Below are positions 1 to 9,695 of a stretch of 63,521 nt of DNA, piece by piece. How positions within the stretch are numbered: the first letter of the stretch is position 1; every line of letters begins with the position of its first letter. Both the position numbers and the translations under genes were made by a program. Under the pieces are notes generated by a model. It searched no databases. It was given only the letters and a program-made list of their open reading frames with translations, and had not been told where the DNA came from. Source of the DNA: Deltaproteobacteria bacterium (GTDB lineage: Bacteria > JAEEML01); assembly GCA_016283195.1 (NCBI GenBank), contig JAEEML010000089.1, positions 1-63,521 on the forward strand, given 5' to 3'.

Positions 1-609
1 CTCTCTAGTATAACCGTTGGCAAAGCTACCAATGATGCTGATGGTAATAAAATTTCCACAACTTATGTTAAAAAATCAGGTTTCAAATGTGATTCTTTTA
101 CTCAAGGAATGATGGCTCCATTATATCAGGCCGTGGTTAAAATAAACTGCGATACAAATCAGATTAAGTGCCCAAGCGATGGCTATGATAACCCATATTG
201 CTTTTGCCAAGGGCTGAACCTTTCCGTATTGTCTGAAGTACCTGCAGGCAAGTTTGGCGAAGATACTAGTAAGCCCGTGCGTTTATATAGAGCTGGTAGC
301 CAAGGCGGCCCCATCATTGGCACAATAGATATGAGTTTCGATGATAGTTTTGGCAGACCTCTCATGGTTTTAGTTTCTTCACAATGGGAGAGCCATATCG
401 CAAGTGCCTCATTAACGGGATATAGTAATGGTACAATGAGTGCCAGAATAAATTTCAGGGCCCTTGGTGGTTCTACTGTAGTAGCACATGACCCCTCTCC
501 TCTAACTTCAAATAAAACTGCCTTCACAAACCAGATGAAACCTGGTGCCGTAGGTGCTTCGTTCAACTTGGTTGTTTATGGATTACCAGCTGGTTGCGGC
601 CTTTACTAA
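1..609 (+). CDS. C-terminal part of a phage tail-fibre-like protein (5' end outside window)
   Basis: Frame 1 is open from nt 1 (LSSITVGKATNDADGNKISTTYVKKSG...) to TAA 607-609. The ATG at 109 in the ORF track is therefore probably internal. The A-x-x-D-x-x-GN-x-I-x-x-TY motif at the edge resembles phage tail-fibre repeats. The last ~170 aa are Cys-containing and globular. Product call rests on motif recall only. Confidence 0.4.
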   Translation, partial: LSSITVGKATNDADGNKISTTYVKKSGFKCDSFTQGMMAPLYQAVVKINCDTNQIKCPSDGYDNPYCFCQGLNLSVLSEVPAGKFGEDTSKPVRLYRAGSQGGPIIGTIDMSFDDSFGRPLMVLVSSQWESHIASASLTGYSNGTMSARINFRALGGSTVVAHDPSPLTSNKTAFTNQMKPGAVGASFNLVVYGLPAGCGLY

Positions 610-698
610 TTTTCTCCTATTTCTTTAACGTATCTTTCTAGCATATTCTTAGCCTCTTTATCTGCTATAGCACTAAAGAAAATAAATTTAATGTGAAG

Positions 699-752
699 TC
701 ACAATTTTAAAATATCTTCTGCTGAAAGCTTGAAATTTAGCGATGCTATTCC
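699..752 (-). pseudogene. Remnant of the last ~17 codons of an Rpn-family gene
   Basis: Minus strand reads GIASLNFKLSAEDILKL* (stop 701-699). The intact gene 312 bp to the right ends SIAKWTGLSAEDILKL*. nt 678-728 match nt 990-1040 with one mismatch by eye, and identity decays further 5'. An in-frame TGA lies a few codons upstream and there is no start codon. Confidence 0.5.
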
Positions 753-993
753 ACCAGCGCGCCTGCTAGCTCGCACCTGTTTTGGTGGGCTCCTCACCCA
801 AATTTTTAGGCCAGATATGCCGGGAGCGCTGCGCGCTTTTTTTTGACCTCACCTCCTAACTTGTTGGATTTTTATGAAAATCGCCCCTCTCCCAAGCGGC
901 GAGGGGCTCCTCTTATTGGAAGCTAAAATTTATTTTATCTTAAAAAACAAGAGGTTAATTTTTTGCTTGGGAGAAAACGGCGAAAACAGGAAA
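751..993. repeat. 243-bp direct repeat, copy 1 (non-coding element flanking the Rpn gene)
   Basis: Hand alignment to 1872-2114 shows about 8 substitutions and no indels. Contains hairpin GCCCCTC-N11-GAGGGGC (883-907) and a T8 run (837-844). No ORF of 60 aa or more in any frame. Confidence 0.85.
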
Positions 994-1010
994 ATAAATT
1001 TAATGTGAAG

Positions 1011-1703
1011 TCACAATTTTAAAATATCTTCTGCCGAAAGGCCGGTCCATTTGGCTATACTATCTACCGGTACCCCATCACGGAGCATATTTTTAGCGGC
1101 GTCTATATGACCTTGGTCTATGCCTTGGCTTATACCTTGGCTTATACCTTGGCTTATACCCATCTCCCAAACAGCATTTAAGCTTGATTTCCGGTCCATC
1201 TCCGCCATTTCCTGCTGAAATTGTCTTATCCAGCGTGCCCGGTCGCCACTTATGTAAGAAAGTGCTGCTTCGGCTGCCATGATGCCCTCCTCTTTATCTG
1301 TAAGATTTTTTATCACATCGGCTTTTTTAGGATTATCGGCGTCTTTCAAAAAGAGGCCCCAGTTTTCAAGGGAAGTGTTGGCTTCAATATTCTCTTCTTT
1401 TCCAGCCAATTTCGGGAGTTCTAAAAAGATAATATTTAATAAATCTGCCAGGTTACGCCCATCTTTGGTGCGCATGGCATAGCGGCTCACCGCTTCTTTT
1501 GTGGATTTATCAAATTCAAAATCGAGCACGCTTATTTGATAAGCTTTGGCTACATTGCTCCAAAGAGTGCCTTTGGGATATTTAGTGCCGATAAGACGCG
1601 GGTTTAAGAGAGCGCCGGTGCCAGCCTGGGCAACGTAGGCCTCCTCCTCCGAGGTAAGCAGAGGTAATTCGGTAAGATTGTTTATTTCATTAGCTGCATT
1701 CAT
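1011..1703 (-). CDS. Rpn-family (PD-(D/E)XK 'putative transposase' type) protein lacking a recognisable N-terminal nuclease core
   Basis: 230 aa from ATG 1703, with GGAGG 6 nt upstream. The ORF-track start at 1784 adds 27 implausible residues. YQISVLDFEFDK, NIIFLELPKL, NWGLFLK, ISGDRARWIRQFQQEMAEMDRKS, GISQGISQGISQGIDQG and VPVDSIAKWTGLSAEDILKL match the central and C-terminal parts of TIGR01784/PF12784-type proteins as I recall them. No D...E-x-Q/K catalytic block is visible in the first 65 aa. Confidence 0.6.
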   Translation of the reverse strand: MNAANEINNLTELPLLTSEEEAYVAQAGTGALLNPRLIGTKYPKGTLWSNVAKAYQISVLDFEFDKSTKEAVSRYAMRTKDGRNLADLLNIIFLELPKLAGKEENIEANTSLENWGLFLKDADNPKKADVIKNLTDKEEGIMAAEAALSYISGDRARWIRQFQQEMAEMDRKSSLNAVWEMGISQGISQGISQGIDQGHIDAAKNMLRDGVPVDSIAKWTGLSAEDILKL

Positions 1704-1871
1704 AAATGCCTCCAAGCACAGCTTATATTTTAACATACACAAAACGTGGCGGCCAAGAGGAAAGTGCACACAAGCTTGTGCCACAGATAGGCTAAGGCTG
1801 GGTTTACCTTTTTATCACACCTTGAGGGAGTTTAATTAAGCAAGAGAAAGGCCGGTTAATGTGGCGATATT

Positions 1872-2114
1872 CCGCCAGCGCGCCTGCTAGGTCGCACCTG
1901 TTTTGGTGGGCTCCTCACCCAAATTTTTAGGCCAGATATGCCGGGAGCGCTGCGCGTTTTTTTTTGACCTCACCTCCTAACTTGTTGGATTTTTATGAAA
2001 ATCGCCCCTCTCCCAAGCGGCGAGGGGCTCAGCTTATTGGGAGCTAAAATTTATTTTATCTTAAAAAACATGCGGTTAATTTTTTGCTTGGGAGAAAACG
2101 GCGAAAACAGGAAA
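1872..2114. repeat. 243-bp direct repeat, copy 2
   Basis: About 97% identical to 751-993 by hand alignment. Same hairpin (2004-2028) and a T9 run. Lies upstream of the Rpn gene on the minus strand. Confidence 0.85.
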
Positions 2115-2155
2115 TCCGGCACGATAATTATTGCCGATAAATCCTGCTAAGATTG

Positions 2156-2974
2156 TCAGGGCGCGTAATGCTGCTTATCTCTTATGGCGGCGGCCAGGTG
2201 GCGGCTTTTAGTAAGATATTCGCTATATTCGGCAAAGGAGGCCAGATAGTTACTATAAGCCAAATAATTGCCCCTTTCCAAAAAGCTTTCGAGCTCCTTA
2301 TCTTGGGTGCAAATTTGTTTAAGTTCATAGACAGTGGGCTGGCTCCCCCGCCGCCCGGCCAGCTCGGCCAAAAGCGCTCTAAATATAGCAAAATACTTAA
2401 TAAAAGCGGCTTTTTGCTCTTCCGGGGTGGCGGCTTTGGAAATAGTAAAATCCATAAGCTCGGCCCTAAGTGAGCGTAAATCTGCCGGCTTTTGGGGCGG
2501 CTCTTTTCGCCGCTTTAAAAAGAGTAGAGTTATGGTGAGCAAAAAGAAGAGAGCCACGCCAGCGGCTAAGAGGGGCTTTTTTAAAATATAAATTGGTGCC
2601 GGGCCGCTACTTGGGGCGGGCGGCGGGGGATTATCAAGGTCAAATGGGGCGCGAACCGTGAGCGTATTGGGGAGGGCTATTTTCTGGCACTTAAGGGCCG
2701 CCAATTCTGGGATGGTAATTTCTCCGCTTTTTAGGGCAATAGCTGGATATTTAAAGCTTTTTACGCCTGCGCTATTTAGCCAGGAAAGGCCGTCTATATG
2801 GGGGAGTTCTTTTAATTCCAGGAGGTTATTATCTTCGGCGTCTATACAGGTAAGAGTGGCAATCTCGCCCAAAGTAAGGGAGTTTGGGCTAAAAGTGCAA
2901 TAACACTCATGAGCTTCGGTGCCGGTATTGGCCAAAATAGCTAAAAGCGGCAGCCAATAACCATAAAAGGCCAT
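2156..2974 (-). CDS. Single-pass membrane protein, function unknown
   Basis: Likely start is ATG 2974, overlapping the asnA stop as TAATG. The ORF-track start at 3028 would overlap asnA by 55 nt. N-terminal signal-like segment MAFYGYWLPLLAILA, Pro-rich stretch, one TM (LLAAGVALFFLLTITLLFL), then a helical C-terminal tail. Confidence 0.6.
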   Translation of the reverse strand: MAFYGYWLPLLAILANTGTEAHECYCTFSPNSLTLGEIATLTCIDAEDNNLLELKELPHIDGLSWLNSAGVKSFKYPAIALKSGEITIPELAALKCQKIALPNTLTVRAPFDLDNPPPPAPSSGPAPIYILKKPLLAAGVALFFLLTITLLFLKRRKEPPQKPADLRSLRAELMDFTISKAATPEEQKAAFIKYFAIFRALLAELAGRRGSQPTVYELKQICTQDKELESFLERGNYLAYSNYLASFAEYSEYLTKSRHLAAAIRDKQHYAP

Positions 2975-4020
2975 TATAGCAAAACTATGCCGGCTTTTTG
3001 GCAGCTGAGTTGCATCTCTTCCGGCCACACGGAGACCTGGGTCTCGCCGATATGGGCTTTTTTGAGAAAGAACATGGCTAGGCGCGACTGACCGATGCCG
3101 CCGCCGATGGTTTGCGGCAACTCGCCGCTTAGGAGTTTTTGGTGAAAAAAGAGCTTTTGCCGCTCTTCGGCGCCGCGCAGTGTCAGCTGCTTTTTGAGTG
3201 ATTCCGGGCTCACGCGGATGCCCATGGAAGAGAGTTCCAAACTTTCACCTAAAACGCTGTTCCAAACCAGTAAATCGCCGTTTAAGCCGTGGCCGCTTGG
3301 TGTTTCGGTTATCCAGTCGTCATAATCCGGAGCGCGCCCATCATGGGGCTGGTCGTTTTTTAAGGGGTAACCGATGCCAATGATAAAGACCGCGCCAAAC
3401 TCTTTGGCGGCTTCGTTTTCGCGCTCCTTGGGGGAGAGAGTGGGGTAGCGCTCCTCCAGCTCTTCGCTATGGATAAAGACAATATCATCCGGCAGAGCCG
3501 GGGTGAGTTTGGGATAGTTATTATAAACAAAAAACTCGGTGCGTTTTAGACAGCTATAAATTTGGCGCACCACTTTTTTAAGATAATCCAAATGGCGCTC
3601 TTCGGGGCGCATAGCCCGCTCCCAATCCCACTGATCGACATAAAGAGAGTGGATATTATCCAGGTCTTCATCGGCTCTTATGGCGTTCATATCGGTATAA
3701 ATGCCATAGCCGGGATTAAGCTCCATTTCGCCAACTTTGAGGCGCTTCCACTTGGCCAGAGAGTGGACAATTTCCATCTTTTTTTCATTGAGCGCTTTTA
3801 CCGGAAAGGAAACCGGGCGCTCAATGCCGTTTAAGTCGTCGTTTAAACCTTGGCCGCTGGCCACAAAAAGCGGGGCGGTGACGCGTGTTAAATTGAGCTC
3901 GGTGGAGAGCGCCAGTTGAAAGAAATTTTTAATGTGTACGATGGCCAGTTCGGTCTCTTTGACATTTAAAAAGGATTTATAATCGTTAGGAATGTGTAGT
4001 TTGTTCATCTTTGGACTCAT
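2974..4020 (-). CDS. asnA: Aspartate--ammonia ligase (asparagine synthetase A)
   Basis: Colinear with E. coli AsnA: HSLAKWKR, VDQWDWER, RAPDYDDW, GLNGDLLVWN, ELSSMGIRV, QTIGGGIGQSRL. Start could be ATG 4020 or ATG 4008. Confidence 0.93.
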   Translation of the reverse strand: MSPKMNKLHIPNDYKSFLNVKETELAIVHIKNFFQLALSTELNLTRVTAPLFVASGQGLNDDLNGIERPVSFPVKALNEKKMEIVHSLAKWKRLKVGEMELNPGYGIYTDMNAIRADEDLDNIHSLYVDQWDWERAMRPEERHLDYLKKVVRQIYSCLKRTEFFVYNNYPKLTPALPDDIVFIHSEELEERYPTLSPKERENEAAKEFGAVFIIGIGYPLKNDQPHDGRAPDYDDWITETPSGHGLNGDLLVWNSVLGESLELSSMGIRVSPESLKKQLTLRGAEERQKLFFHQKLLSGELPQTIGGGIGQSRLAMFFLKKAHIGETQVSVWPEEMQLSCQKAGIVLL

Positions 4021-4243
4021 TACTCTGCGGTAAAGGTGCCTTTAAATTTTTAATTTGCCGCCACACCTGCAAGAGGGCGGCAATGGCCACCACCAGATCA
4101 TCGGCAAAACCGACCGGCACGGCGGCGTCCGGCACAACATCTAGCGGGCTTATACCATAGACGAGAGCAATAAGCGAAGAAAGAATAATGATAATAAGCG
4201 ATTTTGTTTTACTATTTTTGGGCTTTTCTGCACCGGCGCTCAT
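3986..4243 (-). CDS. DUF1232 (YkvA-like) small membrane protein
   Basis: ISPLDVVPDAAVPVGFADDLVV matches the DUF1232 signature, preceded by a TM helix. Its 3' end overlaps the asnA start by 23-35 nt. Confidence 0.6.
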   Translation of the reverse strand: MSAGAEKPKNSKTKSLIIIILSSLIALVYGISPLDVVPDAAVPVGFADDLVVAIAALLQVWRQIKNLKAPLPQSNESKDEQTTHS

Positions 4244-4256
4244 CTGGTTTCTCCCA

Positions 4257-4787
4257 CTATTTCCTATTTTGCACGGTGGCTAAGTCAAAGGATTCTAAAT
4301 TGTCGTCTTCGTCAAAAGTACGGCGCAGAGGCAAAAACTCCGGGTGGCTCTGCAGCTGCCTTAAGCCTTCATAAACCACGGCGGCCACCGAGTTGGCTAG
4401 ATTTAAGGCCCGAGCAGGGCCATACATGGGGAGAGCATAGGTGCTATCGGCATAGCGATCGGTTATTTCTTTGGGAAGGCCCTTGGTTTCGCGGCCGAAA
4501 AGCAAAAGATCATCCGGCTGAAACTCATGGTCCCAAAAGAGTTTTTTGCCTCTTTTGGAAAAGAGGGCCAGGCGCTTGCCAGTGGCTAAAAGTTCATCAA
4601 TATTTTCATAGAGATGGAGGTCAAGATAGGGCCAGTGATCCAGGCCGCAGCGCTTCATGTATTTGTCTTCCAGCGAAAAACCGAGCGGTTTTACGAGGTG
4701 CAGCGAGCAGCCGGTGCCCACGCAAAGGCGCGATATGTTGCCGGTATTATGCGGAATTTCCGGCTGATAGAGAGCAACGGAAAACAT
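4257..4787 (-). CDS. trmL: tRNA (cytidine/uridine-2'-O)-methyltransferase, SpoU/TrmL type
   Basis: ALYQPEIPHNTGNISRLC...LHLVKPLGFSLEDK...GLDHW is colinear with E. coli TrmL (YibK). Confidence 0.85.
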   Translation of the reverse strand: MFSVALYQPEIPHNTGNISRLCVGTGCSLHLVKPLGFSLEDKYMKRCGLDHWPYLDLHLYENIDELLATGKRLALFSKRGKKLFWDHEFQPDDLLLFGRETKGLPKEITDRYADSTYALPMYGPARALNLANSVAAVVYEGLRQLQSHPEFLPLRRTFDEDDNLESFDLATVQNRK

Positions 4788-4799
4788 TTTTAAGCATCC

Positions 4800-5906
4800 T
4801 TAACCGAAAAGGCCGTGTCTTTTCTTTTTACCTTTGACCAGTTTGCCACCGGCGCCAAAGCTCTCTTGCAATTTAGTCAAAAGATCTTTTTGCTCATCGC
4901 TTAGCTTTTTGGGCACGCTGATTGTCGCCACATAGTGAATATCGCCGCGCCCGCCGCCTCTTAAGTGCGGAAAGCCCTTTTCTTTTAAAGTGATGACATC
5001 ATGGTGCTGGGTGCCGGCCGGGATGGTGAGCATCTCCTTGCCCTCCATGGTATCAACCTCTATTTCGCCACCTAAAGCAGCCAAAGGGAAGCTGATGGGC
5101 AATTCGGCTATAAGGTCATCTTCGCGGCGTTTAAAATAATCATGCGGGCGCACATTTACTTGCACATAAATATCGCCGGGGCGGCTGCCCTGACCGCTGG
5201 CATAGCTGCCCTGGCCGCTAAAGCGCAGTGTCATGCCGTCGTCAAAGCCGGCCGGCACTTCCACTTTGATTTTCTTGCGCTCCACTGTAAGGCCCTCGCC
5301 ACGGCACTCCGGGCAAGGGGAGGTAATAACTTCACCTTTGCCTTTGCAGGTTGGACAGGTGGTGCGAATGACAAAAAAGCCGGCTCCCTGCTGCACTTCG
5401 CCGTGGCCGCCGCAGGTGGTGCAAGTGGTGGCTTTGGAGCCGGGGGCGGCGCCGCTGCCGTGGCACTTTTCACATGGGAGCTCGCGCTTTATGGTGAGCT
5501 CTTTTTCTACGCCGTGAAAAGCTTCGTCAAAATCAATGGTTATAGCATAAGTTAAATCGCGACCTCTATCGGCCCGGCCGCGCCCACGCCCGGAAAAGCC
5601 GGAAAAGCCAAATAAATCGCCGAAAATATCGCCAAAGCTGGAGAAGATATCGGCGGTGCTGTTAAAGCCGGCGCCGCCGTGGCCGGAAAGGCCCTCAAAG
5701 CCATACTGATCGTAAATAGCCCGCTGCTCTTTGTTGGAGAGCACCTGATAAGCTTCAGCCGCTTCTTTGAACTTTTCTTCGGCCTCTTTGTCGCCGGGAT
5801 TGCGATCCGGGTGATATTTCATAGCCAGTTGGCGATAAGCTTTTTTGAGCTCCTGCTCGCTGGCATCTTTGCTAACTCCTAAAACTTCGTAATAATCACG
5901 TTTCAT
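4800..5906 (-). CDS. dnaJ: Molecular chaperone DnaJ
   Basis: J domain with HPD, Gly/Phe-rich linker, and four CxxCxGxG zinc motifs ([32 protein letters not shown]). Confidence 0.97.
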   Translation of the reverse strand: MKRDYYEVLGVSKDASEQELKKAYRQLAMKYHPDRNPGDKEAEEKFKEAAEAYQVLSNKEQRAIYDQYGFEGLSGHGGAGFNSTADIFSSFGDIFGDLFGFSGFSGRGRGRADRGRDLTYAITIDFDEAFHGVEKELTIKRELPCEKCHGSGAAPGSKATTCTTCGGHGEVQQGAGFFVIRTTCPTCKGKGEVITSPCPECRGEGLTVERKKIKVEVPAGFDDGMTLRFSGQGSYASGQGSRPGDIYVQVNVRPHDYFKRREDDLIAELPISFPLAALGGEIEVDTMEGKEMLTIPAGTQHHDVITLKEKGFPHLRGGGRGDIHYVATISVPKKLSDEQKDLLTKLQESFGAGGKLVKGKKKRHGLFG

Positions 5907-6017
5907 TTTTTAGACCCCAAAAACTCCGGTGCCTTAAAATAAGCACCGATTAGTGAGTGTCAAGAGGCGAGATGTAGGGGAGCAAATTAAATAGCTTTAA
6001 TAGATGGATAAGGAGTC

Positions 6018-8663
<2,646 letters not shown>

Positions 8664-8738
8664 AGATCCTTCTTCCTTTCCTTAGAGGCTTTAATTAAAA
8701 ATAGTGCCTCATTATAAGTGTTTTATTTTATAAACAAA

Positions 8739-9554
8739 TTACTTCTTTTCAAAATAGCGCCCGGCAATTTTGTGTTGCCCGCGGGCGGCGGCCAAAATGG
8801 GTACATCGATTTTGCCGCCGGGGCTGGTGAGAGCTGTAGTGATATCCCACTCCTTGTTATCGAGAGTGCGGATAGCGCCGCCGGCTGATTCCAAAATAAC
8901 GAGGCCGGCCGCCACATCCCAAACGTGGACATTATATAAGAGAGCGCCCCAGGCGGCGCCGCGCGCAGTATAAACTATGTGAGCAATGGATGAGCCCAGT
9001 GAGCGCACTTTGCCTGGGAAGCTGGTGTTATAGTCCTGGTGAAAACGGCTATAGGTGAGAAGCAGCGACTGATTGTCGATATCGTCATTTTTGCGCGCCT
9101 GGATGCGCACATCATTGAGATAGGCCGGGCCGCCCTTCACGGCCGAGTAGAGCTCTTCGGTCACCGGTTGATAATAGACGCCCAAAACCGGCACGCCGTT
9201 GTCAAAAAGGGAAATAGCTACGCCCCATATAGGCATAGCGGCCGAAAAAGCGGCAGTTCCGTCAACGGGATCCACCACCCAGAGCGGCTCTTCCGGGATA
9301 GTATAGCTTTCGTCTTGTACGCCCTCTTCGCCCAAAAAATGGTGGTGGGGATAAGCGGCAGCTATCTCTTCGCGGATATAATCCTGCACGGCGATATCGG
9401 CTTCTGTCACTAAAGTTTCATCATATTTAAAAGTGGGGCGGGCCCGGCCGTAGCAGGACATGGCAATAGCGCCGCCGCCTCTGGCCAGAGCTTTGGCAAA
9501 AGTTACAAGTTCGTTAAGTTCATGACGTTCAAGTTTTGGGGTACGAGCTTCCAT
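8739..9554 (-). CDS. Inositol monophosphatase family protein
   Basis: FLGEEG and WVVDPVDGT metal-binding motifs. Start placed at ATG 9554, with GAGGAG upstream, rather than ORF-track 9623. Confidence 0.85.
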   Translation of the reverse strand: MEARTPKLERHELNELVTFAKALARGGGAIAMSCYGRARPTFKYDETLVTEADIAVQDYIREEIAAAYPHHHFLGEEGVQDESYTIPEEPLWVVDPVDGTAAFSAAMPIWGVAISLFDNGVPVLGVYYQPVTEELYSAVKGGPAYLNDVRIQARKNDDIDNQSLLLTYSRFHQDYNTSFPGKVRSLGSSIAHIVYTARGAAWGALLYNVHVWDVAAGLVILESAGGAIRTLDNKEWDITTALTSPGGKIDVPILAAARGQHKIAGRYFEKK

Positions 9555-9695
9555 AATTTCTCCTCTTCCAAAAAAGGCGGGCGCAATTCTACTTTTAGAA
9601 AAGGACGGTGTCAAGGAGCCCAAAGCTATTTTTGCAGCCGCAACTTAATTTTGCCATAAGCTACGGGTTTTGAGAGGAAAAAGCGCGTTTGGTAA

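Noticed and set aside
751-993. Possibility that the 243-bp repeat encodes a peptide continuing into the Rpn remnant.
   Set aside because: Translating the minus strand in the remnant's frame hits TGA about 27 codons upstream of the remnant stop, with no ATG. No ORF of 60 aa or more exists in any frame.
1011-1784. Calling the Rpn 'putative transposase' gene plus its flanking 243-bp repeats a mobile element or IS.
   Set aside because: The flanking repeats are direct, not inverted. No target-site duplication or transposase catalytic core is visible, and Rpn proteins are not established transposases. Reported as a repeat/gene architecture instead.
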